From: an uncultured Actinomycetes bacterium
GTDB taxonomy: Bacteria > Actinomycetota > UBA4738 > HRBIN12
Assembly (NCBI GenBank): GCA_963704885.1
Contig: CAVPIB010000004.1
Span: 768,001 to 832,000 of the forward strand
Reading direction: 5' to 3'
Length of the DNA stretch: 64,000 nucleotides
The notes below the pieces were generated by a model. The model saw only the letters and a list, made by a program, of their open reading frames with translations. It had not been told where the DNA came from and made no database searches. Numbering within the stretch: position 1 is the stretch's first letter; each line of letters opens with the position of its first letter. Below are positions 41,034 through 50,846 of this stretch, in pieces. The translations under genes and the position numbers were made by a program.

Positions 41034-41929
41034 GCGTCTACGTGGACAAGGACTCACGGGTCATCATCCAGGGGTTCACGGGCCAGCACGCCACGTTCCA
41101 CGCCGAGGAAGCCATGTCCTTCGGGACCAAGGTCGTGGGGGGCGTGACGCCCGGCAAAGGGGGCACCACGCACCTAGGCCTGCCGGTCTTCAACAGCGTG
41201 GCCGAGGCCGTCGACGAGACCGGGGCCGACGTCTCCGGCATCTTCGTTCCGCCGGCCCTGGCCACGGACTCGCTCCTTGAGGCCGCGGAGGCCGGCGTCT
41301 ACATCGCGGTGATCATCGCCGACGGTGTCCCCGTGCAGGACATGGTCAAGACGAAGGGCTACCTGACCGGCCGACAGACCACGATCATCGGGCCGAACTC
41401 CCCCGGCGTCATCACTCCGGGCGAATGCAAGGTGGGCATCATGCCGTCACACATCTACTCGAAGGGCCGCATCGGTGTGGTGTCGCGGTCCGGGACGTTG
41501 AACTACGAGGCCGTGTCCCAGATGACCAAGCTGGGGCTGGGGCAGTCGACATGCGTGGGCATCGGCGGCGACCCCGTCAATGGCACCGACTTCAAGTCGG
41601 TCCTGCACGAGTTCGAGAACGACGACGACACCGATGTGGTCGTGATGATCGGTGAGATCGGCGGGCAGCAGGAGGTGGAGGCGGCGCGCTGGGCCCGTCA
41701 GTACATGTCCAAACCGCTGGTGGTGTTCATCGCAGGGGTCTCGGCGCCACGCGGCCGGCGTATGGGCCACGCTGGCGCCGTGATCAGCGGCGAGAGCGAC
41801 ACGGCTACCGCCAAGCTCGACGCGATCGAGGCTCTCGGACATCACACGGTCCGCAACCCGGCGGACATCGGCGACACGGTCTTCCGCGCGATGAAAGAGG
41901 TAGGCGAACACAGCCACCGAGGCGCCTGA
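41030..41929 (+). CDS. mtkB: Malate--CoA ligase alpha subunit (SucD-like)
   Basis: [39 protein letters not shown] and RRMGHAGA (phospho-His); GTGA overlap with mtkA. Confidence 0.75.
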   Translation: MSVYVDKDSRVIIQGFTGQHATFHAEEAMSFGTKVVGGVTPGKGGTTHLGLPVFNSVAEAVDETGADVSGIFVPPALATDSLLEAAEAGVYIAVIIADGVPVQDMVKTKGYLTGRQTTIIGPNSPGVITPGECKVGIMPSHIYSKGRIGVVSRSGTLNYEAVSQMTKLGLGQSTCVGIGGDPVNGTDFKSVLHEFENDDDTDVVVMIGEIGGQQEVEAARWARQYMSKPLVVFIAGVSAPRGRRMGHAGAVISGESDTATAKLDAIEALGHHTVRNPADIGDTVFRAMKEVGEHSHRGA

Positions 41930-41977
41930 GCCGGGCCCTGGGGCTCCGCCCAGGTGCTCCTGGGTAGGATGGGTCGC

Positions 41978-43135
41978 ATGCCCATCCCCGGTTCCCGGGT
42001 TCGCAAGAACCCCACAGCACTGGTCGCGTGCCTCGGAGTCGCAGCCCTGATGGCCGCGACGCTAGCCGGCCCCACCGCCCAAGCCGCGCCGAGGACCCGC
42101 CCCCACGTACGGGTGCTCGCGCCCGGCGTGGCACTCACGACGACCTTCGACCGGCGCGTTCCCCTGCGGACCCACGTGCTGTGGATCGACCCGTCCCAAG
42201 GCGCCTCGATCGGACTGACCATGGCCCAGGGCGGCCTGGGGGCCCTGCAACGGACGAGCGACATGGCGCGCGAGGCCGGAGCGCTAGCCGCGGTGAACGG
42301 CGATCTGCGGGGCGCCACCTCCGCCCGGCCCATCCACCCGTTCGCGCTGAACGGCGAGCTGGTCCAGACCTCACCCGTGCTCGGCGCCATGTTCTCGATC
42401 TCGGCCGACGGCTCCATGCGGATCGGTCGGCCGAACCAATACGTCAGGGTGATACAGATGAGCACGGACGAGACGTGGGCGATCGCCACCTGGAACCACG
42501 GACGACCCACGCCGGGCGAGATCACGGCGCACACAGGTATCGGCGGCGCGGCGGAGGCGCCGCGCCCCTTCACTTGCTCCGCGCGGCTGCTGTCATCGAG
42601 CCCTTCGATCGCGAGCGACGACGGCTCCACCCGCACGTATTCGGTCGATCAGACCGGGTGTTTCTCCGGCCGACTCCAACCGAACGGCGGCGTCGTGCTC
42701 TCGGCGGTCCCCACCACGGAGGAGGCGACCTTCATCCGTTCGCTCATCCCAGGCGAGGACATGAGGATCGACTGGTCGCTCGGCTGGGCGGGTGTGACCG
42801 ACGGCATCGGCGGGAGCCACATCCTGGTGCAGGACGGCGCGAACGCGCTGCACTCGTGCTCGGGCGCGATCTGCTCCCGCAACCCGCGTACCGGCATCGG
42901 CCTCATGCCGGACGGGCGCATCGTGCTCGTGGTGGTCGACGGTCGTCAGCGCGGCTCGGCAGGCATGTCGCTCGCCGAGCTCGCGAGCTTCTTCCTTCGC
43001 CTGGGCGCGACCTCCGCCATGAATCTTGACGGAGGCGGCTCCAGCACCATGGCGATCAAGGGACAGGTGGCGAACAACCCGTCCGACGGCCTCGAGCGAG
43101 CCGTGGCGAACGCGATCCTGATCTACGCGGGCTAG
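41978..43135 (+). CDS. Secreted phosphodiester glycosidase family protein (DUF2233/NAGPA-like)
   Basis: Signal peptide (AQA-A); AAVNG, NPRTGIG, VVVDGRQ, AMNLDGGGSS and ER.VAN. Confidence 0.87.
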   Translation: MPIPGSRVRKNPTALVACLGVAALMAATLAGPTAQAAPRTRPHVRVLAPGVALTTTFDRRVPLRTHVLWIDPSQGASIGLTMAQGGLGALQRTSDMAREAGALAAVNGDLRGATSARPIHPFALNGELVQTSPVLGAMFSISADGSMRIGRPNQYVRVIQMSTDETWAIATWNHGRPTPGEITAHTGIGGAAEAPRPFTCSARLLSSSPSIASDDGSTRTYSVDQTGCFSGRLQPNGGVVLSAVPTTEEATFIRSLIPGEDMRIDWSLGWAGVTDGIGGSHILVQDGANALHSCSGAICSRNPRTGIGLMPDGRIVLVVVDGRQRGSAGMSLAELASFFLRLGATSAMNLDGGGSSTMAIKGQVANNPSDGLERAVANAILIYAG

Positions 43136-43179
43136 CCGCGCACAACGAGTCGCCTGGCGTTCCCCCGTGAACGGGTCGC

Positions 43180-43647
43180 TCACGCGAGCGGCATCTGCAC
43201 CTCGGTCATGGGAACAACGCCCTCCGCGGGCTCGTTCAGGTACAGCTCGCGCGGCGGTCCGCTGACCCGCTCGCCATGCTCCTGCACCCAGCGGGTGAGC
43301 GCCTCGTACGCAGAGCTGAGCCCCTCGTACGGTCCCACGTGCACGGTGCACGCCACGCGACCGCCTTCCAGGGTGCCATGGTGCACGCTTCCTGAATCGA
43401 CCTTCCCCGCGACAGGGATCCCGAGCTCCAGGTCGATGGAACCCGAGGAGGGCATCTCGTGATAGATCGCGAACGGCATGCCCTCCATCGCTACGCCAGC
43501 CGCCTCCGCGGCTCGGGCGACCTCGCCGAAGCCCTCGCCGAACGCTTCACCGATAGTGGCCATCGGAACGCGCTCCCTGATCGTGGCGACGCGCTGGGTG
43601 GGCACCTCACGGATCTCGATCTTGTACGTCGTCGTCGTCATCGTCAT
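43180..43647 (-). CDS. GyrI-like small-molecule-binding protein
   Basis: HVGPYEGL..AYEAL..W..E.G and PPRELYL; RBS AAGGAGG. Confidence 0.85.
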   Translation of the reverse strand: MTMTTTTYKIEIREVPTQRVATIRERVPMATIGEAFGEGFGEVARAAEAAGVAMEGMPFAIYHEMPSSGSIDLELGIPVAGKVDSGSVHHGTLEGGRVACTVHVGPYEGLSSAYEALTRWVQEHGERVSGPPRELYLNEPAEGVVPMTEVQMPLA

Positions 43648-43761
43648 CGCCTCCTTCACCGCCATCCTTGCCGGCGACGGACACGGAGTATGGGGCCGAC
43701 CGTCCCGGCCCGTAGGGGCCCTTGAGGAGGCGTGGCAGGCCCTCGGTGGGGAGACCTGTGG

Positions 43762-45595
43762 TCAGTCCTTCGGCGGACGACCGCGCCTGCCCGCCTTCAC
43801 GCGATCCTGCTGAACCAGCAGGACCTTGCGCAGGCGGACGTGGTTCGGAGTGACCTCCACGCATTCGTCCTCGCGTATGAACTCCAGGGCCTGCTCCAGC
43901 GATAGCTCGCGCTTGGGGATCAGCCGTGTGAACTCCTCCGACGTGGACTGGCGCATGTTCGTGAGCTTCTTCTCCTTCGTGGGGTTCACGTCCATGTCCT
44001 CGCCGCGCGCGTTCTCCCCCACGATCATGCCCTCGTAGACCTCCTCGGTGGGGCCCACGAACATCGAACCGCGTTCCTGGAGCGTCTGGAGCGCGAACCC
44101 GGTGGTCACGCCGGACCGGTCGGCAACGAGCGAGCCGGTCGGACGCGTCCTGAGGTCGCCGTGCCACGGCTCGTACCCCTCGAAGACGTGGTGGAGCTGC
44201 CCCGTCCCCCGCGTCTCGGTCAGGAACTCCGTTCGGAACCCGATCAGACCCCGAGCCGGGACCAGGTGCTCCATGCGGATCCAGCCGGTGCCGTGGTTCA
44301 CCATGTTCTCCAGGCGTCCCCTGCGGAGCGCCAGCATCTGCGATACCACGCCCAGGTACTCCTCGGGCGCGTCGATCGCCACGCGCTCCACCGGCTCGTG
44401 GAGCGCCCCGCTGACCGTGCGCGTCACGACCTGCGGTTTGCCCACGGTCAGCTCGAACCCCTCGCGGCGCATCATCTCGACCAGGACCGCCAGCTGGAGC
44501 TCGCCGCGGCCCTGAACCTCCCAGCGATCAGGCCGGTCGGCCGCCAGCACACGGATGGATACGTTGCCAACGATCTCCTGGTCCAGGCGCCCCTTCACCA
44601 GGCGGGCCGTCATCTTGTCGCCGTCTTGGCCCGACAGCGGCGAGGTGTTGATGCCGATCGTCATGGAGAGGGAGGGCTCATCTACATGCGTGACGGGGAG
44701 CGGCCGCGGGTCGTCCAGGTCTGCGAGCGTCTCGCCGATAGTGATGTCCGCCATACCCGCAACCGCGATGATCTCGCCTGGCCCCGCTTCCTCCGCGTCC
44801 ACTCGATCGAGCGCTTCGGTCACGTAGAGCTCCCCGATCTTGGCCTGCTCGATCGAGCCGTCGGCCCTGCACCAAGCCACGGTCTGCCCGCGGCGGATGG
44901 TTCCGTGCCGCACGCGGCAGAGCGCGAGGCGTCCGAGGTACGGCGACGCGTCCAGGTTGGTCACCAACGCCTGCAGGGGGTGATCGTCGGCGTACTCGGG
45001 CGCGGGGATGTGATCGCGGAGCGCCTGGAACAGCGGCTCCAGGTCCTCGGCCAGATCGTCTGGGTCAGAGCCGCAACGTCCGGCCCTCGCGTTGCAGTAC
45101 AGGATCGGGAACTCGATGTGATGGTCCTCTGCCTCCAGGTCCAGGAACAACTGGTAGACCTCGTCGACCACCTCGGCGATGCGCGCGTCAGGTCGATCGA
45201 CCTTGTTCACCACCAGGATCACCGGCAGATGCGCCTCCAGCGACTTCCGCAGCACGAACCGCGTCTGAGGCAGCGGACCCTCGCTGGCGTCGACCAGGAG
45301 CAGCACACCGTCCACCATGGTCAGGCCCGCGCTCGACCTCACCGCCGAAGTCGGCGTGGCCCGGTGTGTCCACTATGTTGATCTTCAGGTCGCCGTGGCG
45401 AACGGCCGTGTTCTTGGCCAGGATCGTGATGCCCTTCTCACGCTCCAGGTCCATGGAATCCATGACCCGCTCGGCCACGTCCTGGTTCGCTCGGAACGCC
45501 CCAGACTGCCAGAGCATGGCGTCGACCAACGTGGTCTTGCCGTGGTCGACGTGCGCCACGATCGCCACGTTTCGGATGTCGTTGCGGAAGGGCAT
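43762..45595 (-). CDS. typA: Translational GTPase TypA/BipA; single-base frameshift near 45327
   Basis: [57 protein letters not shown] and [10 protein letters not shown]. Confidence 0.95.
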
Positions 45596-45769
45596 GAGCG
45601 CACGGCTTTCCAGTCGAGGAACAGAGAGAGCGGCGCCGAATGGCGACGCAGGGGTCAGTGTACCGACTCCACGGATCGGGGCGGCTGTTCCAATATGGTG
45701 CGTGAGACCGGTAGTCATGAGTGTGGAAGAGTGGTACTCGTCGATGCGGGATAGTGGTACTGTGCTTGG

Positions 45770-47002
45770 GTGACCGGATACCGAAGACGAGCGATCGAGG
45801 ACCTGCTGAGCAGGCTGTTCGAAGAGCTGCCCGCGCTACTCGTCGTCGGCCCTCGAGCTACCGGCAAGACGACTACCTCGATCCGTCACGCAAGAACGGT
45901 GATACGGATGGACCGCCCCGCCGAGTCAGAGGCCATGAGGGCCGATCCCGACGCTGCACTCAGGGGTCTCGACGAGCCGGTGCTCATCGATGAGTGGCAA
46001 CTCGTCCCAGATGTCTTGGGAGCGGTCAAGCGTGCGGTGGATACGGATCCCCACCCAGGCAGGTACCTACTGACGGGATCGGTTCGAGCCGATCTCGATA
46101 CCGACACATGGCCTGGTACCGGTCGGCTCGTTCGGATACCTATGTTCGGGCTGACCATCAGGGAGCAGCTCGGGCGCCTAGACGGCGCTCCCTTACTCGA
46201 TCGGTTGACGGCGGGTCACGAACTCCAGACGCCCCCTGATCCCCCGGACCTCCGCGGGTATATCGAGCTCGCGCTCTCGAGTGGTTTTCCCGAACCGGCC
46301 CTTACGCTCTCGGAGGATGCCGGGATTCGGTGGCTTGAGAGCTACGTCGACCAACTCGTCACCAGGGATGCCGGCCAAGTCGAACAGGGCCGGGACCCTA
46401 CCCGACTCCGACGCTACCTGGAGGCTTTCGCGTTAGGTTCCGCGGGAACCGTCGAGGACAAGACCCTGTTCGAAGCCGCCGGTGTCAACCGGAAGACCGC
46501 GATCGCGTACGAGCGGCTCCTCACGAACCTCCTCGTTATCGAGGGGATCCCCGCCTGGACGTCTAACAGGCTGAAGCGCCTGGTCCTATCACCCAAGCGC
46601 TACCTCGTCGACGCTGGGCTCTTCGCCGGCATCCTTCGCGTCGACGCGCAGGCCGTGCTTCAGGACGGTGACCTTCTGGGACGAGTCCTAGACACATTCG
46701 TGGCCGCACATCTTCGCAGCGAGCTCCCCTTCACCGAGACCCGCCCTAGGTTGTTCCATCTCCGGACGCATCAGGGCCGCCACGAGGTCGACCTCGTCGC
46801 CGAGCTCGCCGGAGGCGGGATAGTGGGGATCGAGGTGAAGGCGAACGCCGCCCCGAAGCGTGAGGCGGCTCGGCACCTGGCGTGGCTCCGCGAAGAGCTG
46901 GGCGACCACTTCATCGCCGGGGTGGTGCTCCATACAGGCCCTCGGGTCTACACGCTCGGCGAACGGATCGTCGCCGCGCCCATCTGCACACTGTGGGCCT
47001 GA
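45770..47002 (+). CDS. AAA_14-type ATPase with C-terminal DUF4143 (PD-(D/E)XK-like) domain
   Basis: Walker [10 protein letters not shown], Walker [20 protein letters not shown] and EVDLV..GIEVK. Confidence 0.85.
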   Translation: MTGYRRRAIEDLLSRLFEELPALLVVGPRATGKTTTSIRHARTVIRMDRPAESEAMRADPDAALRGLDEPVLIDEWQLVPDVLGAVKRAVDTDPHPGRYLLTGSVRADLDTDTWPGTGRLVRIPMFGLTIREQLGRLDGAPLLDRLTAGHELQTPPDPPDLRGYIELALSSGFPEPALTLSEDAGIRWLESYVDQLVTRDAGQVEQGRDPTRLRRYLEAFALGSAGTVEDKTLFEAAGVNRKTAIAYERLLTNLLVIEGIPAWTSNRLKRLVLSPKRYLVDAGLFAGILRVDAQAVLQDGDLLGRVLDTFVAAHLRSELPFTETRPRLFHLRTHQGRHEVDLVAELAGGGIVGIEVKANAAPKREAARHLAWLREELGDHFIAGVVLHTGPRVYTLGERIVAAPICTLWA

Positions 47003-47106
47003 GCAAATCTCGACCCCGATCCCGGACTGGTTTGACGCCCCGATGCCCAGGTGGCTACTGTCGGCGTCAGGACCATCGGGATCGGACGAAGGGGAAGGTG
47101 ACGCAG

Positions 47107-48228
47107 ATGCGGCAGGGGATCATCGCCAAGCGGACGTTTACCAGCAGGGTGTTGTCTACGCTCATGGTTGCAGCGGGGTTGATCGCGTGGAGCGCGGGGC
47201 CGGCCGCGGCCACCGTCTTCTCCAACACAGCCGCGATCACGATCCCGTCGACCGCAGCGGCGGCCGCGGCACCGTACCCCTCACCGATCTCTGTCTCCGG
47301 ACTCAACGGAACCATCGTGGATGTGAACGTCACGCTGGCGGGTCTCAGCCATACATTCCCGGACGATATCGACGTCCTTCTCGTCGGCCCCTTGGGCCAG
47401 AACGTGGTCCTGATGGCCGATGTCGGCTCGAGCCTTGACGTGACCTCAATCAACCTCGCTTTCGACGACGCCGCCGCCGCATCCTTGCCTGGCGCTGCGC
47501 AGATCGTCGCCGGTACGTTCAAGCCGACGGTCGACGTCGGCGGCGGATTCATCGGGATCGTGCCGGCTCCGATGCCTCCGTACGGAACGACCCTGTCGGT
47601 GTTCAACGGGACGGCTCCCAACGGCACCTGGAACCTGTTCGTCTACGACGACGCGCACCTCGATGGCGGATCGATATCCGGGGGCTGGAGCCTGGATATC
47701 CTCGCGACACCCACGATCACGTCGACTTCGCCCGCCAGGGGGATGGTCGGCGATGCCGTGGTCATCACGGGAACGAGCTTGACCGGAACGTCGGCGCTGA
47801 GCTTCGACGGGATCCCTGCCGTGTCGTTCACGGTGGACTCCGCGACCCAGGTCACGGCGACGGTTCCGGCCGGCGCCACCACTGGCCCCATCTCATTGAC
47901 GACTCCGGGCGGCACGACGGCGAGCGCCACCGACTTCGTGGTCAAGCATCCGAGGGACGTTTCCCTCGCCTTCGCCGGCAACAAGGCCAAGGGGAAGGTG
48001 AGTGTCACCGACGGGTTCACGGATTGCGGGTCTGGCGTCCCTGTCAAGGTGCAGCGCCTGAAGAAGGGCAACTGGAAGACGGTGGGATCAACGCTCACGA
48101 AGGCGGACGGCACCTACAAGGTTCCCGGCCTGACCGACTCGGGCAAGTACCGCACCGTCGCGAAGAAGACCAAGCTTTCCTCGGGCGACGTGTGCGTGAA
48201 GGACATCTCCCCGAAGGTCAAGAAGTAG
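47107..48228 (+). CDS. Secreted protein: proprotein-convertase P-like domain, IPT/TIG domain and basic C-terminal domain
   Basis: Signal peptide (PAAA); DVNVTL..SHTFPDDIDVLLVGP..NGTWNLFVYD; IPT PTITS.SP..G..V.ITGT. Confidence 0.8.
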   Translation: MRQGIIAKRTFTSRVLSTLMVAAGLIAWSAGPAAATVFSNTAAITIPSTAAAAAAPYPSPISVSGLNGTIVDVNVTLAGLSHTFPDDIDVLLVGPLGQNVVLMADVGSSLDVTSINLAFDDAAAASLPGAAQIVAGTFKPTVDVGGGFIGIVPAPMPPYGTTLSVFNGTAPNGTWNLFVYDDAHLDGGSISGGWSLDILATPTITSTSPARGMVGDAVVITGTSLTGTSALSFDGIPAVSFTVDSATQVTATVPAGATTGPISLTTPGGTTASATDFVVKHPRDVSLAFAGNKAKGKVSVTDGFTDCGSGVPVKVQRLKKGNWKTVGSTLTKADGTYKVPGLTDSGKYRTVAKKTKLSSGDVCVKDISPKVKK

Positions 48229-48264
48229 GAGGAGCCCCGGGGTGGGCTTGGATCCAAGTCCACC

Positions 48265-49479
48265 CTAGGGGCAGCGGAGGGTGAAACCGCCGCCTGCGTC
48301 AACGCTGCAGGTGTCGACGCCTGGTCCGCCTGTGAGCGCGTCGTAGTCGGCGCCTCCCGACAGGACATCGGCGCCGTTGTCGCCCTGCAGGTCGTCGTTG
48401 CCCTCCCCGCCCATGAGGGTGTCGTTGCCGGGACCGCCGATCAGCAGGTCGCTCCCGCCTGCGCCGTCGATCAGATCGTCGCCCCCACGTCCGCAGATGA
48501 CATCGTCCCCGTCCGTGCCGGTCAGCACGTCGGGTCCGCTCGTGCCGGCGATGGTGCAGACGGGCACGGGCTCCCAGCTGGGCGCCAGGTCCGACCCGGG
48601 GTCGTCCGTCACCTGCACCCGCGACGTGCCGTCTGCGTTCATCACGTAGATGTCGCGGTTCCCCCCGCCCGAGGGGAACCCAACGTAGGCGATGCGCGAA
48701 CCATCCGGCGACCACACCGGATGCGACTCGTCATCCGCTGAGAGCGTGATGTTGGTGGCGCCCGAGCCGTCGGCGTTCATCACGAAGACGTCGGAGTTAC
48801 CGCTATCGCAACACCGCTCGAACGCGATCCGCGAGCCGTCCGGCGACCAGGTCGGGCTGCCGTCGATCAGATCGTCGTTGGTCAGACGCTTGAGACCGCT
48901 GCCGTCGGCGGCCACCGTGTAGATGTCGGGGAACCCGCCCGCCCGCGTGCTGGCGAACGCGATCTTCTTGCCGTCAGGCGACCATGCGGGTGACAGGTCG
49001 TCGCCGTTCGGCGGAGCGGTGATCCGTGTGCGATCGGTCCCGTCGGCGTTCATCACGAACAGGTGGAAGGGACCCGCGGACGAAAGTCGGGCGATGAACG
49101 CGATACGGGTGGCGTCGGGCGACCACGCAGGTTGGCGTTCCGCCAGGGTCGAGGTGGTGAGACGCGAGCCCCCCTTCCCGTCGGCGTTCATCACGAAGAC
49201 GTCGGGACGGCCTCCAGGGCGAAGGGCTCGGACGTACGCGATCCGCTCCCCGTCCGGCGACCAGGCGGGATCCATCTCCTGGCTGGCGCTCCGCGAGATG
49301 TTCACGGGCGAGGATCCGTCCGCCTCCACCGAGTAGATCTGAGGGTTGCCGTCCCTGGTGCTGCGGAACGCGATCCTCCCGTCGCTGGCCGGGAACCCTG
49401 CCCACGCCGGAGCCGCCGGGAGCAGGAACCCAGCCGTGACCAGCAAGGCGCACAGCAGGAGCAACGGTCGACGCGGCAT
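48265..49479 (-). CDS. Secreted TolB-like (PD40) beta-propeller with C-terminal RTX-like Ca-binding repeats
   Basis: Repeated P.WSPDG..IAF units; CTIAGT..DVL.GT..DDVICG and GG.G.D repeats. Confidence 0.88.
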   Translation of the reverse strand: MPRRPLLLLCALLVTAGFLLPAAPAWAGFPASDGRIAFRSTRDGNPQIYSVEADGSSPVNISRSASQEMDPAWSPDGERIAYVRALRPGGRPDVFVMNADGKGGSRLTTSTLAERQPAWSPDATRIAFIARLSSAGPFHLFVMNADGTDRTRITAPPNGDDLSPAWSPDGKKIAFASTRAGGFPDIYTVAADGSGLKRLTNDDLIDGSPTWSPDGSRIAFERCCDSGNSDVFVMNADGSGATNITLSADDESHPVWSPDGSRIAYVGFPSGGGNRDIYVMNADGTSRVQVTDDPGSDLAPSWEPVPVCTIAGTSGPDVLTGTDGDDVICGRGGDDLIDGAGGSDLLIGGPGNDTLMGGEGNDDLQGDNGADVLSGGADYDALTGGPGVDTCSVDAGGGFTLRCP

Positions 49480-49634
49480 GGCTCCGACCCTACAAGAACA
49501 ACGTCAGAGGGACTGAGGATTTCGGCCGTTCCGTGCCGATATGGGGGCCGAGGGGCATTCACACGCAGTGAAGCCGAGGGCCGTCGAGCGTTCCCGCGCG
49601 CGGGACCAGCTCGACATGAAGGGAGGAAGCCTCT

Positions 49635-50765
49635 GTGAGGTTCCCAGGTAAGAAGTCACCCGTGCGTGTCACCGCGTCGGCGGTCGCATTGGGCCTGGTG
49701 GCGGTACTGATCACGGCCGCACCGGCTTGGGCGGCCGCAGCCGTCACGTCGTTCACCCCGGTCTGTGGCGTCGTCGGGACCCCCGTCACGCTCACCGGCA
49801 CCGGCTTCACCGGCTCCACCGCAGTGACGTTCCCGGGCGCCATCGACCAGAGCACGCTCACGGGACTCACCGACACCTCCGTAACCGCCGCGGTTCCGGT
49901 TGGGGCCACCGGTAGCGGCACCCTGACGGTCGTGAACGCAGGCGGAGACGGCGTCAGCGCGACATCGTTCACCGTCGCCACCGCTGCGGCCGCGACGATC
50001 ACCTCGTTCGCTCCCACGAGCGGCCTGGTCGGGGCGTCGGTCGTCATCACGGGTACCGGCTTCTGCGGCTCGAGCGTGGTCAAGTTCAACACCACGGATG
50101 CAACGGCGTTCACGGTTAACTCCGACACCCAGATCACGGCGACCGTCCCGGTTGGGGCAGCCACCGGCAAGATCAGCGTGACGAACACGATAGGCACCGT
50201 GATCAGCACGGCGGACTTCTCCGTCGTCGGGATCCCGACGATCACCTCGTTCACGCCGACGATCGGCGACCTGGGAACGGCGGTGACCCTGACGGGCACC
50301 AACTTCACCGGGACCACGTCGGTCAAGTTCAACGGAACGTCCGCGACGTTCACCATCGTCTCGGATACGTCGATCACTACCGCGGTCCCCATCGCGGCGA
50401 CGAGCGGGGCGATCAGCGTGTCCAACCCTGCCGGCACCGCCACGAGCGTGGCCCTATTCACCGTCGGATCCGCGGAACACACCCGCTCGGTCACGTTCTC
50501 CTACAAGAAGACCAAGGCCTCCGGTCATGTCGGCGTAGGTGACTCCGCAACCTCCTGCGTCGCGTTCGTTCCTGTCTACATCCAGATGCGAAAGAACGGG
50601 GCCTGGAGGTTGCTGGACACCACGGCGACCAACGCGAGCGGGAACTACAAGACCTGGGTCCCGAACAAGTCGGGCAAGTTCCGGGCGCAGGTGCAGGCGT
50701 GGGATCTGCCGGACGGCAGCACCTGCCAGGCCGACAACTCCCCCACCGTGAAGCACAAGAAGTAG
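49635..50765 (+). CDS. Secreted protein with three IPT/TIG domains and basic C-terminal domain
   Basis: Signal peptide (PAWA); three TSF.P..G..V..TGT.F units. Confidence 0.82.
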   Translation: MRFPGKKSPVRVTASAVALGLVAVLITAAPAWAAAAVTSFTPVCGVVGTPVTLTGTGFTGSTAVTFPGAIDQSTLTGLTDTSVTAAVPVGATGSGTLTVVNAGGDGVSATSFTVATAAAATITSFAPTSGLVGASVVITGTGFCGSSVVKFNTTDATAFTVNSDTQITATVPVGAATGKISVTNTIGTVISTADFSVVGIPTITSFTPTIGDLGTAVTLTGTNFTGTTSVKFNGTSATFTIVSDTSITTAVPIAATSGAISVSNPAGTATSVALFTVGSAEHTRSVTFSYKKTKASGHVGVGDSATSCVAFVPVYIQMRKNGAWRLLDTTATNASGNYKTWVPNKSGKFRAQVQAWDLPDGSTCQADNSPTVKHKK

Positions 50766-50789
50766 TCGGCAGCGGTTCCTGCGACGAAC

Positions 50790-50818
50790 AGGGCCGGCCC
50801 CTTCGGGGCCGGCCCTTT
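50790..50818. terminator. Rho-independent terminator between convergent genes
   Basis: agggccggcccc-ttcg-gggccggccct hairpin followed by ttt. Confidence 0.8.
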
Positions 50819-50846
50819 CGCGTTCCGTGCGGCTAGGTGCCGTCGC

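Noticed and set aside
39858-41929. Ordinary TCA succinyl-CoA synthetase sucCD
   Set aside because: The NIFAGINRCDW motif and translational coupling to mcl favour malate thiokinase; not fully excluded without a phylogeny
45320-45345. Programmed frameshift in typA
   Set aside because: No slippery heptamer; an extra G in a G run is best explained as sequencing error
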